Source: Octopus sinensis | Lineage: Eukaryota | Assembly (NCBI RefSeq): GCF_006345805.1 | Contig: NC_043004.1 | Location: 57,536,001 to 57,600,000, forward strand | Length of the DNA stretch: 64,000 nucleotides | Direction: 5' to 3' | In this document: in pieces, positions 52,923-64,000 of the stretch | Layout: each line of letters opens with the position of its first letter | Numbering within the stretch: position 1 is the stretch's first letter | Notes under the pieces: generated by a model | The model's input: only the letters and a program-made list of their open reading frames with translations | Told to the model about the DNA's origin: nothing | Databases searched by the model: none | Position numbers and translations under genes: made by a program

Positions 52923-53075
52923 TTTCTTTATTGGCCACACAGGGCTGCACACAGATGGGACAAGTTACAAGGTAGAGCTTTTCTTTTGGGGGATGAAAAA
53001 AACAAAAAACGAAAGAAACAAAAAAAGTGGTTGGCGTAGGTTTTCGATCAAGAGGGATCGTAAAAGGGAAGAAAA
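52923..53075 (-). mobile_element. Probable LINE 3' UTR fragment ending in AATAAA, homologous to the family A SINE tail
   Basis: Minus strand ccttgtaacttgtcccatctgtgtgcagccctgtgtggccaataaagaaa, followed by (TATC)n. Upstream sequence is unrelated to the SINE body. No ORF available to confirm. Confidence 0.45.
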
Positions 53076-53171
53076 GAACAAAAAAAATAAAATAAAAAAA
53101 AATAATAAAAAAATAAAAAAAGAAGAAAAGGAAAAGGAACAAAAGAAAAGAGAAATGAAAAAAAGAAAAAT

Positions 53172-53179
53172 AGATAGAC

Positions 53180-53242
<63 letters not shown>

Positions 53243-53332
53243 CTGATGGATAGATAGACTGATAGATAGATAGATAGACTGATGGATAGATAGACTGATA
53301 GATAGATAGATAAACTGATGGATAGATAGACT

Positions 53333-53366
<34 letters not shown>
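53172..53366. repeat. (GATA)n microsatellite with higher-order GACTGAT variants
   Basis: Direct inspection. Confidence 0.95.
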
Positions 53367-53796
53367 AAGAGAGAGAAAGTGAATGAGAGATAACGAGAGA
53401 AACGGAAAAGGAAAAAGAGAGCAAATTGAGACTGTGATGAGAGATATATAAATATATATCAAGTACTATTTTGTCTGAATCTATTTATGGTGTTGTGGCT
53501 TGTTGTGTAGGTATCAAGTATGTCTATATTCAAAGGAATTATGATTATTTTTTTGTAATCTCTGCAACATGTTTACAATATGAATAAAATCTTAGAACAT
53601 TGTAACAGTGTTTTCTATTAATTTTAAAATATCTCCTTGAGGAATACCAACATTAGAAAAATGAATACAAGTGTGTGTGAGTATGTCTGTGTGTGTGTGT
53701 GTGTGTGTGGTGTGTGTGTGTGTGAGTGAGAGAGAGAGAGAGAGAGAGAGATAGTGTGTGTGTATGTGTATGCGTGCGTGTGATTGTGGAAATATA

Positions 53797-55252
53797 TTAG
53801 TGTTTCGAACACTCACCCAAAGGGAATATTTAAACAGTAAGATTCACCATGAAATATAAATGTACTATTGAAGTTTGAAATGCACAAATCCAGAGTAAAA
53901 CAAATGAAAAGTACAGTATAAAAGCAGCTGTGAAGCTTTGCACTCTATATACTTAAGTACATTTGTAAAATTAATTAAGCAACTTACTCACTAATCTGTT
54001 GCTGAAATAAACTATTTGACAGGGGATTATGTGAACCTGTATATATATATAATTTTATTTTGTATTTGATAGCTGATGAAATGGCAAAAAACACAAAGTA
54101 TTCAGGTGCTGAGAAGAATGATAATTAGATCCACAGAATCGTTACAAGCTTGTAGAAACTGATTTTCGTTATTAGTACCTGGTTTTTATGTTCAAGTTCG
54201 TAACACGCCAAGGTGATCTTTGCATTTCTTCATTTCAAAATCGACACAATAAAGTGTAAGTGACATAGCGAATAGATTGTATCGGCTAATTCACTCACAC
54301 AAATTTCTGTATGTCAGAAATAATTATTTTCTGTTCAGAATACTGGCTTACCCCAATCGTAAGGGCGTCATACATATTGCTGCATTTATTCTGGCTCTCT
54401 GTGTTCTGAGTTCGGTTCCAGTCAATGTCAGCCTTACTTTTTATCATTTCTGGGTCTTTAAAATACTGTGCAAAGGAAATACTTGAATCGATATAATCGA
54501 ATGGTGTCCTCTCCCAAATTACATGACTCGTTTCTAACTCCACCTATAAGTTATCTTGGTTTCAGATACATTCATTTGGATACTTTCCTTATCTCTATGC
54601 AATTACATTCATACATACATACATACATGCATGCATACAATTATAACTGTAACGCAGACATGGTCTACTTTGTTCTCATCTTTTTGGAATCGACGAAATA
54701 AGTACCAGTTCACCACAAATGTTGATAGCCCCTCCCACAATATTTCAGGCCTTGTGCCTATAGTAGAAAGGATTATTGTTATTATGAAAGTAAAGGAGAC
54801 GAGTTTGCTGATTGTTAGCTCACCGAGCAAAATTCTTAGCGATATTTCGCCCGTCTTTACGTTCTGAGTTCAAATTCCGTCGAAGTTGACTTTGTCTTTC
54901 ATCCTTTCGGGGTCAATAGATTAAGTACCAGTCAAGTACTTCGCTCGATGTGACTGATGTACCTTCTCACATTATAGTAAATGTGGTGAGCTGGCATAAT
55001 CTTTATCAAGTTGGACGAAAAGCGTGTTGACATTTAGTGTTTCGAACACTCACCCAAAGGGAATATTTAAACAGTAAGATTCACCATGCGTATCCTTCAA
55101 CTAAATCATGTGAATTAGTATAAAAAATAAAATATAAATATACTATTGACGCTTGAAATGCACAAATCCAGAGTAAAACAAATGAAAAGTACAGTATAAA
55201 AGCAGCTGTGAAGCTTAAGTACATTTTAAAAATTAATTAAGCAACTTACTCA
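53797..55252 (+). repeat. Direct repeat pair 53797-53990 and 55034-55252
   Basis: Long identical blocks (e.g. gtttcgaacactcacccaaagggaatatttaaacagtaagattcaccatg); ~40-bp extra segment in copy 2 and ~15-bp extra in copy 1. Confidence 0.92.
54661..54970 (+). mobile_element. Two adjacent SINE family A copies (3' fragment, then near-full copy)
   Basis: aataagtaccag...caggccttgtgcctatagtagaaagg tail at 54690-54775; gttctgagttcaaattccgtcgaagttgactttgtctttcatcctttcggggtc at 54860-54915. Confidence 0.8.
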
Positions 55253-55954
55253 TATTCTACGTAATGGGTTCTAATTCAACGTGGCCAAAATGCCTTTCAA
55301 TATTCCGAGATCGATAAAATATCGTACCTGTCGAACACTGGGTTCAATTAATCGGCTAATGCCATCTACATAACATTGCTGTTCTTGTTCCATAGTTAGA
55401 AATAATATCATAACGATTAAGTTAGGGCAGCTGCGGGTGAAATATTTTTGATCATGTTATTCTACCAACTTCCAAAACTTTTGGGAAAACGTCCATGCTC
55501 CTGCTTTACAACATTGTATATCTGGTAATGCCGAGCATAATTTATAAGATAAACACACATTCAGCGAACCTAATGAAAGACATTAAGCCCGTTGTTGTCG
55601 ACTTGTCTTTTATTTGAAACAAAATATTTCTCTTAAAACTAAGTCCTATTGTTATGAATATAAATAATTAGAATCTTTCCCTTCTATCTCCCGCCCTGCT
55701 GCTGCTTCTCCTCCTCCTTTTCCTGTATTTGTTTAATTCAACATTTAGCTTCGCTGGAAGGTAACCGCAAAAGCAATTTCGTGTTCAGTAATGACACGTT
55801 TGCATGATTACTCTTCTAAGTATCACCTATTTCCTGTAGATATTTCATGCACTTACAGCCTTGGGAGAAAAAACAACACATTTGATTTCGCATTGATTAG
55901 TTGCTATAAAAATGTATGTCAAGAGAAGAATCAATAAAGAAATTTTTTCAAATA

Positions 55955-56345
55955 TATTGGGTCATTCAATAAATAATGCGTTTTTTTATACTTTTATTTT
56001 TCAAAATTAAGATACACAAAGTTCGTTTTTAATCTAAAATATACTCTCCATTTTTTACAATGCTCTTCCATCTATCCGGTAGACTTGCAAGGCCCCTCTT
56101 CCAAAATTCCCTTGTCCGTACGAAAAATACTCCTCCGGTATGTTCTGACATCGTCTACAAAATTCATATTTTTTCCACCCAAATCATTTTGAAGACTGCG
56201 GAATAAATGATAATCAGATGGAGCAATCTCCGGTGAATATGGTAGGTAGGACACCGTTTCCCATTCAAACTGCTCCAGCCATGTATGTGGTTGAGAATTA
56301 TCCTGATAGAAGAAAACCTTTCGTTTTGAAACAAAAAAATAGTCA
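55955..56345 (-). mobile_element. Mariner (Tc1/mariner) transposon 3' fragment with transposase C-terminus and one TIR
   Basis: KVFFYQDNSQPHTWLEQFEWETVSYLPYSPEIAPSDYHLFRSLQNDLGGK (mariner YSPDLAPSD motif). D-D spacing is 28, implying an in-frame 6-codon deletion from D34D. TA + ttgggtcattcaataaataatgcg terminus at 55955. Confidence 0.9.
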
Positions 56346-56467
56346 CTTTTCTTCTAGCGTTGACTTAAATCACACAAGCTGCTCGCAGTAGATCTCCTTT
56401 GTAGTAGCCTTTCCTGTTTGTTTTCACTGTCCTGTTTGTGTTACCAATTTTGACCATCTGCAAAATC

Positions 56468-56700
56468 CCAAATTTTATTTAATTTGCTTTGCGGGAGCAA
56501 CTGTTTTATCGAAAGCGTGTCTTGTAAAATGCTCGAAATGTGACAGTAGAAAAACGGGCAACAACTGATCAAGGGTCGTTTTTTGTGTTGTTTTCTTTCC
56601 ATTTCTGTTTTTCGTTCTTCGAAAAATAGTTTATATTCATGTACTCATATTCGTATTTTTGTTGTACACGTTTCGTGATGTCCTCTGCCCACATATGCAT
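56468..56700 (+). mobile_element. Second copy of the ~220-bp repeat at 10372-10590
   Basis: See 10372 entry. Confidence 0.55.
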
Positions 56701-56710
56701 GTATATAATT

Positions 56711-56755
<45 letters not shown>

Positions 56756-58787
56756 GTATATGCATATACATATATACATATTGGTATGTAGCTAATGTGT
56801 AAGTTGTATGTTTGTGTGTATACACACACGCGCGCACAAAAACACATTTACGCATGCGTGTGCGCACAGACTCGCACACACACACACATACACACACGTA
56901 CGTATATCCACGCGTGTGTGTAATATTTATATTTAATATCCATATACTTTTATCCCAGAATTCATTATTTCAACCAATTATTCTTTGAATTCTGTCTGAT
57001 GATACTGTGGTGTTTTAATACCTTTGCTATAAGCGCCTATTGATTTTATATTCAGGTTTCAGATATACAAATGATGGTAATTTGTAAATTTCAATACTGA
57101 TGAGTGTCGAGTAATTTTGGGAGTGTAGATGCAACCTCGGTGAGTTGCAAGATTCTCTCAGCAATGTTTTTCACAATGTTAATTGTATACTGGAAATTCT
57201 GATTATATCAACAATCAATGTTAATTAAATTGGGACTATGAAGTATATTTTTATAGATTTTTTTTAATGTTTCTATTTTGTGACAATTCAATTTTAACGT
57301 ATTTAATTATTTGCCATCAGTTAAGCAGAAAAATATTGATCTCTTATTGTGAAACGACTTTGAAAAATTGAGATACCATCGATCGCTAGAGAACTATGTC
57401 TAGGACATTACTTAATTTATCAAATTGTTCACTTAAGCAACATTATTAAACTTCGAGTGCAATATATATTGGAAAACCTGAGTATAAGTCACAAAGGAAA
57501 TTCTACCAAAATTTCTCTCTCTAAAAAATAAGATTGAAGGCTTAAGTTATGTTCTTTTGATCATATAGATTTATGATTCGTTAATAACTGTACTATAAAA
57601 AAAAACCAACTTTAAACATAACCATATCCTATTTATAATATTCATTATAAAATTTATATCCTTATTTAATCGTAATATCATTTAAGAAATGTAAGACTAA
57701 AATATGATTGCATTTACTTTTTCTGAGTTATTTTAGTCACCTACAGGTTATCAGAAGACAAGTTGTCAATATTTGAGTCTGTCACCTTTTACTTTAATGT
57801 TACCACCCCAGGTGACTTCCATATCGTTGGAGTTTTCCACAAATATCTTCCGCGGTGCCTTTTGTCACCTTCTCTTTTGTCTGCTGCATTCTACCATCCA
57901 GCATATATTATTAGTAATATAGGCTGATCTATACTAAGGCTGATATACATCGTGCCCTATAAATCTTCTGTCCTTGGTAATGTTACGTAGTATCTAATGA
58001 CCTGCTTACTCATCACTTCGTTGTGAGTAATGTGATCGCTCCTCTAAATTACAATTACAAACTGAATCCATCACCAATGAAAAACATTCAGCTTATTATA
58101 TGCGCTGGCTGAACTTTTCTATGCCTCAAGTGCATAGTTTACTTTTGATATTGCGATGGATCTATAGAGGGAAAACTTATGGTCATTATTGATGGACTGC
58201 TTATGCCGCACGGGATTATAGCGGATTGCTACTTGATTAAAATTTTGCATATCCATTAAAGAATATATTTTTGATGTTAGTCGAGTGAGGAAAGATCCAT
58301 TAAATTTTGCAGCCTTTTTAAGAGTGTAAGGAGAATATGGTAGAAGAAGCCATCCATGCTTCAATTAGAAGCAGTACAACGAAATATGGAATTACACTCC
58401 CTCATTCAAAAGAGCTGGTTTTAAACCAGCACATTATATCCACTTAACGCACTTAGGATGGTGGTAGAGGTGACGATGGTTTAAATATATGCCGTAATTT
58501 CCAAAATGATGGAACAAAGGATTTCCTGAGTTTAATTCTTTCGACTTGTCCCATTTATACACCAACTATAATTTCCGACAGCGAACAATCGACTTCATTG
58601 ATAATTTATTAGTTCACAATCACCATAAAAATGCATGTTAAATAACAGTTCAATACGATCAATTAAACGGTTTGGAGATGGTGACTCATGGCTTCTTATT
58701 CAGATTTATATTGTTGGGGTTCAATTCACAAAATTCACTAACATTCACTCTTGATAACTAAAATTACCATCATTCGAAGGGCTTGAT

Positions 58788-58821
<34 letters not shown>

Positions 58822-59143
58822 CTATATATATATATATATATATACATGTGTGTGCGTACGCGCGTGTGTGTGGGTGGATGTGTGGGGATGTAATCGATAA
58901 AGTGTAGTATCTTACCATTCAAATGTTGGGAGAATTAAATATGTTATCTAGCTCATTTATCTCGCAGAGGGAAAGGAAGTTTCTTATAGACAAAAACTAT
59001 TCGCACATAAATGACAGGATATACGCATAGTTAAAAGAATAATAATGTACAAATACACAGGAATATATATATATATATATGATATACATTCATACAGGTT
59101 ATATATATATACATATATGATATACATTCATACATATATATAT

Positions 59144-59185
<42 letters not shown>

Positions 59186-59393
59186 ATACATTCATACAGA
59201 TATTATATATATATATATATATATATACATACATGCATATATATATGATATACATGTGCATACATACTGATATATATATATATCTACACAATATCATATA
59301 TAATAATAAACATACGCACGTCTATCTATCTATCTGTCGATATATATATGTATATGTATACACACGCGCACATACACACACACACACACACAC

Positions 59394-59460
<67 letters not shown>

Positions 59461-60342
59461 GGCATGGCTTTATTGAATCATAGAATCTTCTTATCAGTTC
59501 TCTAACTTCATGGAAGCATTTATCTCTACATCCTACCGATCGATAGATCCTTAAAAGCCTCCAGACGTCCACATATGCTAACGTATATCAAGATCTACCG
59601 ATTCCACGAAATTGTGCGATATTTTAATTATAACTTATAAATTTTCATTTTCCATTCAGGTCCTATATTTTTCTGTCGAATATTCTGTGTATCTATGAAA
59701 ATATGATTATGAACGTAATAGTCTTTCATTTTAAATTTTTGTAAATTAATTTTCTAAGAAATAACCAGATATAAATGAAATAGAAACATATTTAAATATA
59801 AAATGAAAAAAATAATTAATGAATATCGAACTCTTTGATAAACATGGCTCATTTCATTGAAAATTGAAAACGTTTCCCTATCAAGAGAAAATGAAAACAT
59901 GACGATAAAGTCAAATAAATACCCAGCAGAACGTTGTTCATGTTATAACCACAGGCTTATACAACGAACAGAAGATGATAAAAAAATGAAGAAAATTCCT
60001 TATGATAATTTTGTAATAGAATCATTTGGTAACGGGGAAAGTTTATGGTTAAAATGGTGGCAGCAGTGATAGCGGTATACATTAGCGTTTTCAATGGTAA
60101 TGGTGGTGTAGAGCAATGTTGAGTTGTAAGTTCAAGTTTATCGTAGTGGTTGTTTGTGGTAATGTGTAATTTTCTTTAGCATGGTAATAATTAATATTAG
60201 TGGTATTTTGTACGTTGTTATTATTGCATTGTTATTGTTGCGTTGTTATTACTGCGTTTTTATCCCAGCTACTTTTGAGGGTGGTGCTACCATAGCAATG
60301 AATTGCTGGTGGTGCTAAAGGAAAGGTTGTGATAACTTGTTT

Positions 60343-60381
<39 letters not shown>

Positions 60382-60399
60382 TATATATATATTATATAT

Positions 60400-60900
60400 A
60401 TTATATAAGTGCATATCATTGTGATAACGACGATGATGATGACCGACAATAATAATGATGTGAATGATATTGGTGAAAGGGAAGAAGGAAAAATGATGAT
60501 GATGATTAAGATGCTATTGATGATGGTGATGACCAGGACAACGACCTTAGCAGTATTGGTGGAAATGACAATGATCTTAATCGGACGAATTCAATGTTGT
60601 TATGACCCACAATGGTGACGCTGTAATGGAAGATGATATGACGATGACGATGTTATGGATGATGATGATGGTGATGACGACGAAGATGGTAGGGATGTTG
60701 ACGAAGACGACGTCAATGATGTTAAAAATGATGATGATTATTACATTGATGAGAATGAGGGTAAGGACGTCGAAGATGTTATGGTAATGATGACGGTGAT
60801 GAAGATGAGGAGGGGAAGAGTAGGATGAGGATAATAATGTCGAATAGGTTGAAAACGATGACAGCGATGATGGGAGTGAGAGTAGTGTTGGCAGCACTTA
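60400..60900. repeat. Degenerate (GAT/GAC)n low-complexity tract
   Basis: Imperfect trinucleotide periodicity; the acidic frame contains stops. Confidence 0.85.
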
Positions 60901-62069
60901 TTGGTGATAGGGTGAACAAAGGAGATGAGCTTTAGAACGAGAATGGCCGTTAACTGTAATATATTAAGAAAGAGAAACAACCTGTTCAAAGTGGAATATT
61001 GAATGTAGGACGGAGTTTGATGATATTCTATCAGGAATGGCTCTATAGACACAAAACATTAGAGTAGCAACCATTGTTTAGCTTTCTTATACAAAGCAGC
61101 TGAAAGTTATTGTGAACAGAATAATCCCAAATGGATGCGCACAAACACACATACACAAACACACACACCCACACACATGCACTCGTACAAATATAGGCAC
61201 GAATGCACGCACACGCATAAATATACATAGATATATATGTATATGCAGACACGCATATATGTGTGCAAACGCCGACGCATATGTGCATATAAGCAAGTGG
61301 TTCTTTTCTTTCATGCGGCCTTTGGGTTTTTGTGCTCTTCAGTATGTATTCTTCCATATTAACTGTTATACACAAATACATTTCATTCAATGTGGAATTT
61401 CAATATTATCTCACTGAGGGGGATATGGAAGTGCAGGTTCATATATACATACACATGCGATAAAAAAATAGAGTATCAATTAAATAAGAATATAGTATGC
61501 CATACATACACATAATTATCCATCGCACAACCCGTTCAGATTATCATATTTAGATATATAACATAATACATGTATATGCATTTTTTGACACATATTTTAC
61601 ACACGCCTTCATCGATCCACAATGAGATGTCTATATAATAGCGCCAATTGCTGGAAATTGCACTCAAATATCTCTCAAATCTTACCCTGCTCTCCTAAAG
61701 ATAGAATATAGACATACAGAATAATGTAATCTTAGATATATTGTGCCCGCCACATAAAAGAGTGAAATACGTTTGATCACAGGCTTGTCAGATCACTGTG
61801 ATTCTAAGTTACACATTAACAATTCAAGTAAATACATATAAATTCATGTCTAATAACCAGCTATTTTATAAAGTACACACTTTCACATGAGCACCCACAA
61901 ACACTTGTATATGTTTTGATTAATAACGTTTCAATTGGCTCCGTGCAACTCGAAGAACAAATTTAGCACGTCAAGCATTAGGAGATCAAATAATAGGAAA
62001 ATTAATTAAAGATAACACACGGTTGTTAGGTCTGTATTATCATCGCCGATTCCATGGTGTCATTGGCTC

Positions 62070-63000
62070 TGAGGTTCACTCGCGGTCAAACAGAAAGATG
62101 ACGCCGCTATTTCTGGACACTGCAATGTTGTTTATTTAGCAACATCAGTTCGCTGTAGTGTCGCGGGCTAGTGGAGGACAGACACAATGCGGGGGACAGC
62201 ATTTCGTGGGAATAACCTGATTTGGTGGTTCTGGATTAAAATTTGGTGATTCATGGTTGGACTGTCAGCATGGATGGGATTGTAGTCAATATGTTGGGAG
62301 GGAATAAGTGCCATGCTATTGAGTATGGATCAGCCGAACCTAAGGTAGTATGTTTGGATTGTCCGCTGATAGTTGTTTGAAGTTCATTAAGAGGGCATAC
62401 CTTAGTAGCAAAAATAAGTTCATTCTTCCTCTTGATTATACTGCGGGTTGATACAGTATGTGTGATCTCTCTTTGAGGTAGAATTGGGAATTGCGAACTC
62501 CAAGAAAATACGGAAAGTCTTACTAATAATATTCCAGTAATTGGCGAAGTCTGTCTGGTTGTTGCAGTGTCTCGAGTTAAAACCGGACAGAGGCGATGGC
62601 GTTTTACCAAATCCTACACTTGAAAGCGTGCATATGCTATGTATACCTTCTCTTGGATTCACTGACTTAATGCCTGTGTAGTATTCGTGATGTCATCGGA
62701 TATTGTAAGGGTTTAACTATACACCACAGCCTTTGAGAAGCAGGGTTCTCACAATCGGCAGTCAGTAGGATTTCAGCAGTTGCAGAATTGGGTGTGTATC
62801 GGAAGCTGTGTAGATGCGTGTATGCGTGCATTGTAGCGTGTGAAGTGATTTCGTTTAAGAATGAGTAACTGATCATGACGTTGTAGTGGATGAAAATGTC
62901 ATAATATTTAGAGTTTCTTGGGTGTTGTTCCTTAACTAGCATCAAGAAGCTCCTAACTATGTTGCTTGAAACTTCTAGGTTAAATAGACATTGAAGCGCA
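62070..63000 (-). pseudogene. Heavily decayed Ty3/Gypsy pol fragment (RT to RNase H)
   Basis: F..xDLVKRHRLCPVLTRDTATTRQTSP is in exact register with FSKIDLVKAYHQIPV..EDIPKTAITTP; frameshifted GVRN (cf. FGLRN); TDVA (cf. TDAS); FDRE at 62079-62090 (cf. YS.FDRELLA). Consensus motifs recalled from general knowledge. Confidence 0.6.
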
Positions 63001-63185
63001 TTACCTTCGTCCTTCTGGCTGAATTCCGATTCGGGACCGAGAGTGGGATGTCCTCTATATACACACTAACTTTTCAAAGGCGCTTCATTATAATGGGAAG
63101 CGGTCCTGTTGAATATCTCTATATCTACCGATAACTTAATGAGTCTTCTACTCATGCCTGTAGCCTCTCACTGATCTCTCTCTCC

Positions 63186-63246
<61 letters not shown>

Positions 63247-64000
63247 CACACATATACATATACACACATACATACATACATATAGTGTATATATATATAT
63301 CCATTCATATACATATATATATACATACGTGCATACATACACACGCACAATATACATGTATGTATGCGCATATATATATATTATATATATATATATATAA
63401 TATATATATATATATTACATTTCTTTCATACATTATCACTCGTTAACTATCTATGATTAAAAATCCTCCAAAACCTATATTCGACACTCGGCAGCAAATT
63501 GATATGTATTGTACATACTTGTTTTCACTAACGCTATAATACGCCTATGAATTACCGAACAGATATATGCAAGATTCCAGCCTTCCAATTATTGTCTCTG
63601 GGTATAACCAGATAACCAGGATGTAACAACAGGGAGAGAAAGCTGCACCGGAAATGTACTGGTATGCTTTTTCTTTTGTGTAAATTGTAGAGCACTTCCC
63701 TAAACACGATGTCACAACAAAACTTAAATGGGTTTAAAACAATATCCCTCGATACATACACATATAAGCACAACCAGAGATCTATAATGGTAAACTACAA
63801 ATGTGATCTATTTCCTTCATCAAGTATCTTGTCCCTGTATCATCAATTCTGTTTATACCATTATATTGTATTACACACACATACTCTGTGCGCGCACACA
63901 AGCTCATACAAGCATTACATCCTGTACACGGATGCAGAATTAAAATATAAAAACAACGTAACAGTCATTATCTTACATACATTACAGCAAAGTTATTAAA

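Noticed and set aside
53797-55252. TRIM/LTR retroelement interpretation of the direct repeats
   Set aside because: No target-site duplication, no TGG primer-binding site, no polypurine tract; homology extends 5' of the TG.
58119-58400. Second mariner remnant (HGWLLLPYSP resembles GWEVLPHPPYSP)
   Set aside because: A single weak motif, no TIR, no continuous alignment.
60409-61052. Met/Asp-rich or Ser/His/Ile-rich ORFs
   Set aside because: Products of a degenerate GAT/GAC tract; the acidic frame has stops and there is no domain signal.

Overview
AT-rich, microsatellite-saturated animal genomic DNA, most consistent with an octopus/coleoid cephalopod. This is inferred from the SINE families and repeat density, not from a database search. 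I find no intact host protein-coding gene; almost all ORFs in the supplied track are microsatellite artefacts or transposon debris. Recognisable content: the 5' part of an APE-type LINE whose ORF1 remnant has tandem CCCH-like zinc fingers (1-820, minus), a decayed Helitron PIF1-helicase with a 3' terminus, two RTE-clade LINE families, a mariner fragment, a decayed Gypsy pol fragment, a Merlin-like MITE with an 8-bp TSD, at least four tRNA-derived SINE families, and one 100-N gap. The most striking unexplained structure is four sequence-unrelated fold-back elements (about 19.8-20.2, 30.8-31.4, 40.05-40.24 and 49.07-49.47 kb), each set between (TA)n tracts. Three carry a recognisable type I hammerhead ribozyme in each arm, so one per strand, always pointing outward from the centre; the fourth has only a partial core. 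They look like Penelope-type termini arranged as ambisense ribozyme hairpins. All coordinates, pairings and alignments were read by eye.
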